A program made the translations under genes and the position numbers. This document shows positions 14,090-25,848 of a DNA stretch of 64,000 bases, piece by piece. The stretch lies in contig NC_042999.1 of the NCBI RefSeq assembly GCF_006345805.1, positions 161,448,001-161,512,000 of the forward strand, read 5' to 3'. The stretch's first letter is position 1. The number at the start of each line of letters is the position of its first letter. The stretch is from Octopus sinensis. Taxonomy: Eukaryota. The notes under the pieces were generated by a model. It was not told the origin of the DNA, made no database searches, and worked only from the letters and a program-made list of their open reading frames with translations.

Positions 14090-14484
14090 TTTCTTTTATT
14101 TGTTTCAGTCATTTGACTATGGCCATGCTGGAGCACCGCCTTTAGTCGAGCAAATTGACCCCGGGACTTATTCTTTGTAAGCCCAGTACTTATTCTATCG
14201 GTCTCTTTTTTTGCCGAACCGCTAAGTTACGGTGACGTAAACACACCAGCATCGGTTGTCAAGCAATGCTAGGGGGACAAACACACACACATACACACAT
14301 ATATATATATACATATATACGACAGGCTTCTTTCAGTTTCCGTTTACCAAATCCACTCACAAGGCTTTGGTCGGCCCGGGGCTATAGCAGAAGACACTTG
14401 CCCAAGATGCCACGCAGTGGGACTGAACCCGGAAACATGTGGCTGGTTAGCAAGCTACTTACCACACAGCCACTCCTGCGCCTA
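14090..14484 (-). mobile_element. SINE family A, full length
   Basis: Similarity to other copies. Confidence 0.9.
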
Positions 14485-16339
14485 TATCCAACCAACAAAC
14501 TTCGTTGCCGCGTACAGCTAGAAATATAGTTATATCATTCTTAAATTACACATTACTACCTTTAAAAAATGGGAAGGATACACTGAAAAATGTAGTCCTA
14601 GATGCCTTTAAAATAACAGAATGGTCATAGTTGGAACGCTTTTGGTTATAAAGTTCGCTCGCTCAGGGATGACTCGCTGCTTAACAACAACAGCGACAGT
14701 TATCAAGATTATTTGGCAAGCTAAAATTAGCAGCCAAATTTCCCTCAAATCACATTCTACTTCCTTACAAAAGGTAAAGACACATTAGATAATGCAGTTC
14801 AGTATTGTCTTAAAATGACAGGATGGTCGCCTGTGATCATAAATCTAACTCAAAAGCAAGCACGATGACCCGGATGCAGCCACAGAGCACTCAATACGGT
14901 AAACATCTGCTATATCAGCATAACATTCTGTGACATTGTGTGTGTGTTTTTCGGCATTTATCAGTTTACAGCCCCAATTCCTCCATCTCCATACACACGC
15001 ATATAATGATAATAATAAGAAAGGTCTTTAAACAACACAATTTATTACATAGCAATAACATTATATCAATTGAACATGAGCATCCTTAAAATCAACATTA
15101 ACAAAAATCATCGGTTAAATGGATATTTTCTGTCTCATTTGTTATGCTGGTATTTCTGGTAACTAAGAGGCCTGATCCTTGCATGAAACATGCGAAAAAC
15201 AAATCGTTCTTGATAGACAACAAAGACGAAAATCCGCCTCCTCTAGCCACGCCCACCTCCTAAGAGAACAGTTCAGGCAAAGCAATGTAAATAATGATAA
15301 AGAATTTTTCAAACTAATCACAATTTTTCTACTAAAACTCGCAAACTCTGAAATCCCCGAAACCACTTTGTGGGAAAATCCCCATCCCCGAGGGGGTGGG
15401 TAAAGAACTGCGATTCTAAAGAGACCCTACGTGGACATTAGACCGGCGGGAAATGGCTGCGAAATGCCTTACAAATCACTCCTTACCATTTTAAGGCAAG
15501 ATTGTCACGGCTGAATTGCCCTTAAACGCACATTTACATGCTCAAGGATGACCTGCGACTATGTAACAACAACAAAGACAAATATCTCCCCCGCGAGCAA
15601 ATCTATACGGAAAAGACCTCTGCAAAATTTTGATGAACATTGGAGATGCTGCTGCTGGACAAATACATGATGAAGAGTGTTGCAGTCCAGTCGTTTGACA
15701 GTTTTGTATATTTAGTTCTAGATAGATTATCCAATGTGACCTTTGTTTTTTTTTTTTTGAAGACAGTCGAGAGTTGAAAGGATTTGACTACTATTTCTAG
15801 CAAGTCAAGAGACCGTGGCCAATATCCTTAGTTGACTCGTCTATGGAGATGTAACAGACGATTGCACATCTGATATTATAACAATTGTTATACGCTATTA
15901 AATATTATATGTTTGTCAACATTAAATTAGATTATTGGTTACAGCTGCATAATGTTTAATAGTGTTTATATGTAGCAGTTGCTGTCGTTGTCTTCGTCTT
16001 CGTCAGCGCTTCAGCCGTCATCGTTGCTGCTGCTGCTGCTACCGTTGTCATTGTCGTGTTCATTATCGCTGCCCTTGTTCAGAATTAGGTCCACTTTGAT
16101 CAAGTATAATTTACATAATTATGAAGAAAAAAAAACTAAGGGAAATAAGTGAGCCAATTACATAAATTTAGAACATTCATCTAAGTGGTAATGTACTGAA
16201 TGATGTACGCAAAAAATTCTACAGTGGCTGTGTGGTAAGTAGCTTGCTTACCAACCACATGATTCCGGGTTCAGTCCCACTGCGTGGCCGATTGGTAAGA
16301 TCTGCTGTAATGGACATTTAATACTGTACATTTCGGATA

Positions 16340-16375
<36 letters not shown>

Positions 16376-16669
16376 ACATAATTTGAAAGAATTAACAAGA
16401 CCAGGAATAAGTGGTCTTTTTTAATACTTTCAAATTGTCTTGCCCGCCTACATTCAATGTGCTATAAATATGAATGTTTCTTCGTGGTCTGGGGATTTGA
16501 TATCGCATTCCTGCAAGTAAAGAGACCATAATTTAAAACACACGTATATATCACTTTAAATATTTATGGTCTACAGACATTTTTTACACATGCTGGCCAC
16601 CTGTATAAATTATTATTTTTTAATTATTTTTACCCTATATATATATGTATATATAATTCATAAAATTTC

Positions 16670-16867
16670 AATATGTGACCTCGTGAGTACCGCCAGCGAT
16701 TTTTTTTTCCTCTATCTTCCCTTCTCGGGATCTTTCCTTCTCCTATGTTTCCGACGAAGAGCTCCGCTCGAAACGTTAAACCCTCCTTCTTTCCTGAGCG
16801 TCCAATAATACTTTATTTGTTCCACGTCCTCGCGTTGCTGTGTTATTTTGTGTTTTCTTGTTTGAAT

Positions 16868-16872
<5 letters not shown>
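16670..16872 (+). mobile_element. Penelope-like terminal fragment carrying a degenerate minimal hammerhead motif (16747-16781)
   Basis: GTTT-CCGACGA-A-GAGC(TCC)GCTC-GAAAC-GTT|AAAC, abutting (TA)n. Confidence 0.5.
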
Positions 16873-16912
<40 letters not shown>

Positions 16913-17085
16913 TAATATATATATATACATATATATATAATTTTATATATAGAGGGCATTATATATACATGCCAGAGGCATTATACATACATGCCCAACG
17001 CTAAGAGGGACAATCAGTCATTTCTACCAAAAATATTCTAATCCCACCGAATGCAATTTTTCAAAGTAAGACATTTAAAAATATA

Positions 17086-17131
17086 GACCTGTATCACAGT
17101 GATTTCATACTTACGTAATCATCAGCAGGCC
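17086..17131 (-). ncRNA. Type I hammerhead ribozyme motif (inverted copy)
   Basis: GGCCTG-CTGATGA-TTACGTAAGTAT-GAAA-TCACTGTGA-TA|CAGGTC on the minus strand. Confidence 0.75.
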
Positions 17132-17318
17132 TGAATGTATTATAATTGCTAAATTTTTATTCCGAAAAAAAACTTTTCCTCTCCCGAAATGCAATTCGTA
17201 AAAGTTTGCCATTTACCGGATGTAAATATGTAAACTCACCCATGTGCTTCGTTGATGTTGATCAGTTAGCTGATCGGCTTAAGCGGGGCAGGGTTCGTTG
17301 TTGTTTATTATAAATTCA

Positions 17319-17364
17319 GGCCTGCTGATGATTACGTAAGTATGAAATCACTGTGATACAGGTC
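17319..17364 (+). ncRNA. Type I hammerhead ribozyme motif
   Basis: Helix I GGCCTG/CAGGTC, core CUGAUGA...GAAA, helix II TAC-GTAA-GTA, helix III ATCAC-T-GTGAT, AUA triplet (cleavage predicted after 17358). Confidence 0.8.
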
Positions 17365-17796
17365 TATATTTTTAAATGTCTTACTTTGAAAATTGCATTC
17401 GGTGGAATTAGTAATATTTTTGGTAGAAATGATTGATTGTCCCTCTTAGCGTTTGGCATGTATGTATAATGCCTTCTGGCATGTATATATAATGCCCTCT
17501 ATATATAAATTAATATGTTCAATAAGAAATAATTATTTTCGAAATTTTTTCTTTTATGAGGTTTTTACGCTATCTACCTGACAATTTCTTGTTAAGTTTT
17601 CCTTATTAAGTAGTTGTCCTTAATTGCTAAATTTTTATTCCGAAAAAACTTTTCCTCTCCCGAAATGCAATTCGTAAAAGTTTGCCATTTACCCGGATGT
17701 AATATATGTAAACTCACCCATGTGCTTCGTTGATGTTGATCAGTTAGCTGATCGGCTTAGGCGGGGCAGGGTCGTTGTTTATTTATAATACATTCA

Positions 17797-17841
17797 GGCC
17801 TGCTGATGATTACGTAAGTATGAAATCACTGTGATACAGTC
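17797..17841 (+). ncRNA. Type I hammerhead ribozyme motif (second tandem unit)
   Basis: Same as 17319-17364, with one G missing in the 3' strand of helix I. Confidence 0.7.
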
Positions 17842-18105
17842 TATATTTTTAAATGTCTTACTTTGAAAAATTGCATTCGGTGGGATTAGTAATATTTTTT
17901 TGTAGAAATGACTGATTGTCCTCTTAGCGTTTGGCATGTATGTATAATGCCATCTGGCATGTATATATAATGCCCTCTATATATAAATTAATATGTTCAA
18001 TAAGAAATAATTATTTTCGAAATTTTTTCTTTTATGAGGTTTTTACGCTATCCACCTGACAATTCTTGTTAAGTTTTCCTTATTAATTAGTTGTCCTTAA
18101 TTGCT

Positions 18106-18152
<47 letters not shown>

Positions 18153-18732
18153 GTATATGTATATGACTCTAAGAATCCTATTTTATAAAAGGCGGTGCTC
18201 CAGAATGGCCGCAGTCATTTTTTTGCTATTAATAGGGTTCATATTAGTTGGTTGGGTGACTTTAGTTTTATTGATACCGCTGTATAGGTTTATGCTATTA
18301 ATTTTCTAGGTGTTGTTATTTTGGGACTTAATGTGTACTTTGTGTTATTAGTTATGTTAATATTGTTAATCTTATTTAATATCAGTTTGTTGGTATTAGT
18401 GTTGCGGTTATTTTTGTTGTTGTTTGTGGTTTGTGTATAGGCATTGGTATTGTTCATATTAGTGTTGTTTCTATTGGTGGTGTATGGTGTGTGGTTGGCA
18501 CTAGTGGAATTAGTGAGTCGGTTCCTGTTATTTGGGCTGCATATAGGGTGATTATATATATATATATATATATATACATATATATACATACATATATTTA
18601 TATAATATCTATATGTATAATATGTAAATAATTATATTATATATATATAATTATATTATATATATAATTATATATATATAGATTATAGATATATAATTAT
18701 ATGTATGTATATATAATATATAATATATATGC

Positions 18733-18765
<33 letters not shown>

Positions 18766-18859
18766 TTTGCATGCATATATATATATATATTATATACGTA
18801 TATATATATATAATATTATATATATATTTTGTGTGTGTGGTGTGTGTGTGTGTGGTGTT

Positions 18860-19360
18860 TTTAAGTATTGGTTTTAAGATGATAGCGATAAAGTTGCTTA
18901 ATCTGTGTATTTCACAGTTTGGGCCCGCCACAATTGGTCTCAGTTTGAGATCAGTGGGATGTGGTACAGTGATGCAGGTTGAAGTGAACTTTTTTCAAGC
19001 TTCGGTAATAATTTTGCTCTTGTGGATTTTTGGAAGCCCATAGAGGATGCTGGTTTTGCAATTAAAATTTGTTAGGTAGTCACCTTCCTTCGCTGGTAAG
19101 TTATCTCGATGTTGGCAAATGGGTGTGTTTAATTTGGTCATTATTTTGGATCGTTGGTAGTTGACTACTCATTCATAGTAAAAGTTGAGATACAGAGTTT
19201 TTATATTGTTCAGTATCCATAATGACAGTACTACCCTTATCCGCTTCCTTGATTGTGATGTCATGATTGTTTCGTAACTTATAGATGATTTCCTATTCCC
19301 TTTTATGGTGTGGTTGAGTGAGTTTTGGTTGTGGAAGTTCACTTAAGGAATGTTTGAAAT
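18860..19360 (-). mobile_element. Penelope-like element RT fragment (pseudogenized)
   Basis: Minus-strand translation gives ITIKEADKGSTV, LYGLPKIHK and LRPIVAGPNCEIHRLSNFIAIILKPIL, all characteristic of Penelope RT. Confidence 0.85.
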
Positions 19361-19401
19361 GTAAACATACATATGTAATATATATATATAATATATATAT
19401 A

Positions 19402-19444
<43 letters not shown>

Positions 19445-19653
19445 TTATTGGCTAAACTGGCAATATGACCATTCCGAAATATAACAATATATATATATAT
19501 ACATATAGATATATATAAATATATATAAATACAAATATAGTTACAAATTGAGATAGGGGTTGTAAATGCAACCCTCCATGGGATAACATATATCCATATA
19601 CTGCTAGTGAAGTACCCAACAAAGTTAATACATAAATGTTAATGATTGCGATG

Positions 19654-19727
<74 letters not shown>

Positions 19728-19810
19728 ATTAAGGGTAGAGAAATTGATATTTATCAATTAAGACCAGTGGTCTAGCATATTAAAAAAGAATCCGAAGATT
19801 AAAATATTAT

Positions 19811-20118
19811 ATATACCAATGAAGGACTGAACACGAAAAGTGGACAGTCAACATGCTAGATATAGACGTCAAATCGCCATTCACCACAAAAGATTATGTT
19901 CTCAGATCAAACTCAACACAAAACCATAGCAATAAACAAGTGAAAAATATACGAAATAAAATAATTATTTTATTTCGTATTTTTCACTTGTTTATTGCTA
20001 TGGTTTTGTGTTGAGTTTGATCTGAGAACATAATCTTTTGTGGTAATGGCGATTTGACGTCTATATCTAGCATGTTGACTGTCCACTTTTCGTGTTCAGT
20101 CCTTAATTGGTATATATA
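19811..20118. repeat. ~300-bp spacerless palindrome
   Basis: Centre between 19964 and 19965 (CGAAATAAAATAA|TTATTTTATTTCG). Arms differ by about one substitution and one indel. Confidence 0.95.
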
Positions 20119-20231
20119 TAAATATATATATACATATATAGATATATATATATATAAATATAATATATACATATATAGATATATATATATATAAATATAT
20201 ATATATATACATATATAGATATATAAATATA

Positions 20232-20441
20232 CAGGGTGTCCAAGAAGTCGCGCACCATTCTGGTTTTCATTAAAAATTATTAAAGCAATTTATTTTATTA
20301 TATTTTTTCGGCATGTTTTATTGTAGAGGGTGCTCAACTTGAGCATTTGTTATGAATTAATTTCAATAACGTGTTTTTGAAATCAGTAAGGGTGTATTCT
20401 TTTAATAAACCACGGTGGTGCGCAACTTCTTGGACACTCTG
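20232..20441. mobile_element. Tc1/mariner-type MITE (~210 bp)
   Basis: TIRs CAGGGTGTCCAAGAAGTCGCGCACCA / TGGTGCGCAACTTCTTGGACACTCTG with TA TSD. Confidence 0.9.
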
Positions 20442-20573
20442 TATATATATAAATAAAAATATATATATATAGATACATATAAATATATATATATCTGTAT
20501 ATATATAAATATAAATATCTATATATATATATACATATATATATAATTCTACAAATTATATCTTGCAATGAGG

Positions 20574-20651
20574 ATCACACTGACGATCTACGGATAAGTT
20601 TTGTAAGTAAAATTACGTAATTTATTGATAGTGAAACCATTGTTTGTGATT
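20574..20651 (+). ncRNA. Type I hammerhead motif with extended helix II
   Basis: ATCACA-CTGACGA-[47 nt]-GAAAC-CATT-GTT|TGTGAT; helix I ATCACA/TGTGAT. Confidence 0.6.
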
Positions 20652-21099
20652 AATCTATATTTTTGTTATTTTTCATTTGTCTTGCTTGCTTACGTTTCTG
20701 GTGTGCTAAATTTTCTGGAGAACAAATCTTAGTGGTTGAGACCATAGCAGATCTTTTTCTAGCTTAAGGGTTTCCACGTAGTTGTTCCCTCTTATATTTA
20801 TGTATAAAATGCTATTTACCGAATCTCAGTTTTTTTATATGCTAGACCACTGGTGTCTAATTGATGTTATAAAATTAATATCCAATTTTTCACCCTCATT
20901 TTGATTTTATATATATATACATACATATATATATATATGTGTATGTGTGTGTGTATGTGTGTGTGCGTGTGTGTGTGTATATATATAAAGATATATATAT
21001 TGATAGAAAATGGTAAGACAACAAAAGAATGAAAGAGACCTCGATATTATGTAAATAGAGGAATTTATCTATAAATATAGTATGTGACAATTATTCGGT

Positions 21100-23035
21100 A
21101 GCCATGATAAAACTCCGAATTTCGGATGTCGGGGCGGAAACCCACTCCGCCATCTCTTCTATAGAAGGCTTTAGGATTTGTCTTAATATTTTTGACAGCC
21201 CTGGCCTCCTTTTCTGCTCTTTCCTTTTCATGGGAGTGTTTGAGTTCATTTTCGATTTCGAGCAATGTTTGTCTGAAGTAGGATCGTTTGTTATCCTTTA
21301 GTGGCCCATTTAGGCGATTTGAGATTTTTGCTCGTCGTCTCACTAGAATCCTCCTATCCCTGGTTATTACATTTTTTGCCGACTTGGCATTCTCTCTGGA
21401 GCAAACTTACTGCAGATGCCATGCATGATTATTATAAAGTATTGAAGTGTTGTAACTTTATGTCAATGTCAACGTCTTCTGTAGAGAGACTGTCAGACCA
21501 GTTATGTTCCATGACCTCTTTCGCGATACCCTTCCAATCAGCTTTGTGAACGTTCAGGCTTCTAGCAGCCTCCATGTCTGTAGTTTTCTGCAGACCATAC
21601 GTTGTTAGTTCTGTTAAGTTATGGTCCGAGAAAATCGGCAGTGTCACCCCAGCAATATGGATGAGCATGTTGTTGTCCTTATCTCATTTACATGTGGCTT
21701 CTAGGTCGTTCTTTGTTTGTGTTGTTTGTGAAACAGAGGTCCAGGGCATTTTTTCTCCTTGCTGGGTGAAGAACTATTTGCTCTATAAAGAGCATGTTAG
21801 CGAGGTCAAGCAGAGATTCTACATGCCCCAGGCCATGCAGTAGCATACCTGAGAGAATGGGGATCTCAGGCCACTTGACATAAGGGAGGTTGAAATCCCC
21901 TAAAAGAAGTATGTGCAGGCTGTTATCCAGGCTGGTTAATACATCTTTCATTTCTTGGAGGCTCTTTTCAAATGAATCCTCATGATTTGGAGCGTCTCGT
22001 GAGCGATATATGGCACAAATTACTAGTTTCATCTCTTTAATGTGTACCACCAGAGTGTCACCGACTGAGTTTGAGTGTGATAGCAGGACCACAGATGTAA
22101 CTCCACCATGTGTCCTTTCTCTCCTGTCAATTCGAAACACAACATACTCAGGTATGTGTATCTCAGCATCTGATACGTCCTCATTCAGATGTGTTTCTGC
22201 TAGTGACACACATATTGCTTCATTACATGTCACTAAGTCTCTCAGGTACTGTGTTTTGCGTTGTTGGGATGTTACAAGGGCCCTGATGTTCAGCAAGAAT
22301 ACTAGTGTGACATGTAGGGTGTCAGTAGTGGCCACTGATCTGACATGGGCAGAGGTATCAGAGGTGGCTACCCCGGAACCTTTGTTGTTTGAGGTGGTCG
22401 TGGGTACTGGTAAGTGTTCCTCATACTGGATGTCTGATGAAACCAAGTCAGCTGCCTTACAATCTTCTGTGCGACCTCCAAAAAAGCCTGTTGTTCAGCA
22501 GCCACTATCTGCACTGCATCGACAGTTTGTTTCTTCCTAGGAGCAGTGCATGCACCATCCGTACACTTCTATGGTGATGGAATTATATCTTGTGATCAGC
22601 TACTGTGTTGTTGGAGGCTGTTCTCCTTGGTTTTCAGGTGAGTGGAACGAGCACTGCTCATAAGGGATTTGGGATGAGTAAATCTGCAGTCTGTTTCAAT
22701 GTCACCATGCCAGCAGGTACCCTTTACATAAAACTTGCAGATTGGTTTGGTTTCCTTTTTACCAGAGCCATTACCTTTGCAGATTCTATTTCGTTTCCCT
22801 CGTGAACCCACATTGGGCCCACATCCATTCTCAGCCCACCGGCCTACTGGTGCCTTTGTTTTCGTTTGTTTCTCCTGCTTTACTTTGCTGCTGTTTTTCT
22901 CTTCCATGCATGCCTTTGGTTTCTCCTGAACTTTGGCATTCTTTTGGACTCACAGTTATCCAGGGAGCCGGTGTCTCCTTTGTTTTGTTCCTCACTTTCA
23001 GCTTTATCCTGACACTTTTCGGATTCTATATGTAT
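21100..23035 (-). mobile_element. CR1/L2-group LINE, copy 1: ORF1 C-terminal part (CCCH-like finger) plus APE endonuclease; RT missing
   Basis: CKFYVKGTCWHGDIETDCRFTHPK, ICVSLAETHL, LLLGDFNLP, LDLCFTNN, IFSDHNL, TNPKAFY; frameshifted. Confidence 0.85.
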
Positions 23036-25495
23036 AATTTTTAAAAACATTTTAGCTTCAAAGCTGCACTCATGCTGTTCAGTGAGCTACACCATTATTT
23101 GAAACCTCCTCTGATATGTGGCATTTGGAATTTGATGCCGCTGCCCTCATCTGCGTTTCCTGCTGTGAGGTAGGCTCGTATGAAACCCTTGACAGGAAGA
23201 GATCTCGTTTTGTTTTAAAGAAACTTACATTTACAGCATGCAGGTCTCTCAGGCATTTTTGGAAGAATATTAGAGAGCTGTGGACTCTTGAAACCCAAGC
23301 TGTTGCAGTATCTGGTCCTGTATTTTGATGGCGATGCTAGAATCTTTGACACTATGCAGCGGTACCCCGTTCTGCAGTTTGAATAACTTTCAATACCAAA
23401 GTTTGGTACAAGGCCTTCCAGGATTTTCCAAATGTATATCACTACATATTTTTCGTTCTAGGGAGAGGAGTTTTAATTCTTTAAGCCTTTCCCAGTAGCT
23501 GACATGTTGCATTGAGACAATTTTCTTAGTGTAGCTTCGCTGGACTGCTTCGAATTCCGCCGTGAATTTTATAGTGTGGTAACCATAGTTGGGAGCAGTA
23601 GTTCAAGCGGCTGAGGACGTATGTCCTCCAAAGGACCATCAATGTCTCTTTTTCTCTTGTTTTGAAAGTTCGGAGCAGCCATCCAGCTAGCCGTCTGCAT
23701 TTTATTACCAAATTAGTAATATGCACTTGAAAAGATGCATCATTGCTCATGTCAAAGCCCAGGTCACGCACTGATTTTGATTCAGGAATTCCTCCCGGGC
23801 CAGTGTATCCTGTCACATGTCGTTTAGCTGTATGTGCTGGTAGTGTAGGGCCTGGAATTTTCCTGCATTAAATGGCATGTTGTTGTCCTCAGCCCACCTG
23901 TATATTGTGTCCAACTCCCGTTGCAGATGTGCAATATTTCCAGGATTTTGTATTGTCTGAGAGACTTTTGTGTCATCTGCATAGCTGGCTAGGGTGACTA
24001 CCTGAGCAGTGAAGGCATGCACGAGAGTGCAACTATGAATAGCAGTGGCCCTAAGACAGTGCCTTGTGGAACACCACTTGCTATTTGTGTTTCCTTGGAG
24101 GTGGATCCGTTGTCCGCCACTGCCTGACGTCTATCTTTTAGAAAGTCGGGTAGCCATTCTCCAAGTTTTCCACCTATGCCGAGATCACGCAGTTAGTGAC
24201 ATGGTCTAGGTCGACTTGGTCAAAGGCTTTTGCAAAGTCGAGATATATCATATCCCTGCTTGAGTCATTTAGCAGCTGTTTTAACAGTCAGTCGTAATGT
24301 TGCAAGAGCTGTGTCAGGCAGCTCCTACCTGGTCGAAATCCATGCTGGGTGTCAGTGAACAAGTCATTTTCTTCAAGGAACACGATTAGTTTCTTGCGGA
24401 CTATTCGTTCCATGACTTTACTGTTGTGTGAGGTCAGAGAGATAGGCCAATAATTTTAGCATCTGCTCTGCTTCTTCCCTTATGGATAAAGCATATTATC
24501 CCTTTCTTCACTTTGTCTGGGAGCTTACCACTTTCAAGGAAGCTCTGAAAGAGAAGTTGCAGTGGTTTTGCAAGGGCTCATTTGCACGATTTGAGAAGGA
24601 CCGCTGGAAATCCATTAGGGCCAGCAGCTGAGTTGTGTCAGCCTCATCTATGGCCAGTATTACATCTTCTTCAATATATATGTACTCAAGTTTTGCCTCT
24701 TTGGTTACAGGTAAAATGACAAAGAACTCTGCTGGTTTGTTCACTTGCCTGTGTTCCAGAGTGTAGTGAACTTGGCAACTGTTTGTTCAGTATTTCACTT
24801 ATCCTCATGAAGTTTCCTGTGAGGTAGCCATCTTTTTGGAAGAGGGGTCCTATCTTGTGGCGTACTGAGGCTGTTTCTTTGGCAAACTTAAAGAAAGCTT
24901 TAGGGTTCGGCTTGATATTCTCTATAATCCAAGCTTCTTTACCTGCTTTCTCTTTTTCATCAGACTAATGCAGACTTTCTCAGATTCCAGTAGCGCTCTC
25001 TCTAGGCGAGACTTCTCGCCACTTTTGGGGTGCTTGCTCAGGTGGTTCGCAATTTTTGTCTGTCCTCTCCTAAGAATCTTCCTGTCTCCAGGGATCCTAT
25101 TTTTGTGTATGTTGGCCTTGCACAATGGGACAGTATCCTTAAAATCCTTTAAAATGTTTTAGCCCGAAGGCCGCGGCCATGCTGGGGCACCACCGGACAT
25201 GAAATGTTTGCGTTTCATAATAACGTCTGGTGTGGAGAGACATTTAAGCCAATCCTGTTTGCAGATCTCTTTCTCAATCAAATGCCAATTTGCTTTACGA
25301 AAATTTAGTTTGGAGAGATTTGGGGTGCTTCTTTTAGGCTGTATGTCTGCAGGAGTTTTTGGTCCATACGCAGACAGCTCTATTATGTCGTGGTCCGAGA
25401 TCAACGTCGGTGTCACTTTAACATTATGGATAATACCCATATTGTTTGTGAAGCAGCGATCCAGTTTATTATTTGCCCTGGTTGGTTGTAGCACT
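23036..25495 (-). mobile_element. CR1/L2-group LINE, copy 2: end of APE, RT and C-terminal domain, 3' tail
   Basis: LDRCFTNN, LISDHDII, LDFAKAFD-like, GVPQGTVLGPLLF-like, SYADDTKV, YVLSRLNYCSQLW, IYIWKILEGLVPNFGI; multiple stops and frameshifts. Confidence 0.9.
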
Positions 25496-25801
25496 GACGT
25501 TTATAGCACTGTGCTACTGACGTTTCTAGCCCCGGGAAGACATCTCTTCCAGCTGGCTAACGACACACATTCCGCGTCCGATTAGTATTTGCGAGGGGAG
25601 GTCATCGCTCCCATCCCATATATAGAACGCCACCCTTGGTTGGCAATTATATGTTACGATTCCGCATTGCTACTGTTTATATCTCGCTCAGAGATTTGAT
25701 ATAGCTTATTTCTCCTTTTTCGAGATCAGCGATGGTTTGTCGCTGGAAAAAGCATATAGTATTAGCGAGTGGAGTGGGTTTTCATCAGTAGCTGGTGATT
25801 A

Positions 25802-25848
25802 ACACACGCTGAGGACGAGTAGCCACCCAGAAACTCGAGTCCGTGTGT
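25802..25848 (+). ncRNA. Type I hammerhead ribozyme motif, canonical GUC triplet
   Basis: Helix I ACACACG/CGTGTGT (7 bp), CUGAGGA, imperfect helix II CGAGT-AGCC-ACCCA, GAAA, palindromic helix III ACTCGAGT, GUC| after 25841. Confidence 0.75.

Larger units (their letters stand above)
16939..18106. mobile_element. Penelope-type pseudo-LTR block: two ~478-bp tandem units plus an inverted partial copy
   Basis: Units 17143-17620 and 17621-18097. Segment 16939-17145 is the reverse complement of ~17787-17990. (TA)n on both sides. Confidence 0.8.

Noticed and set aside
18240-18550. GT-rich hydrophobic-looking stretch resembling a mitochondrial ND6 insertion
   Set aside because: The plus frame has TAG stops and no recognisable ND6 motif. 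It is better explained as the antisense of an Asn/Thr-rich segment, possibly a Penelope N-terminus.
22010-22540. 176-aa plus-strand ORF (also 25199-25585, 46593-47030 and 62091-62912)
   Set aside because: Antisense shadows of TE coding regions, in one case extended by a microsatellite.
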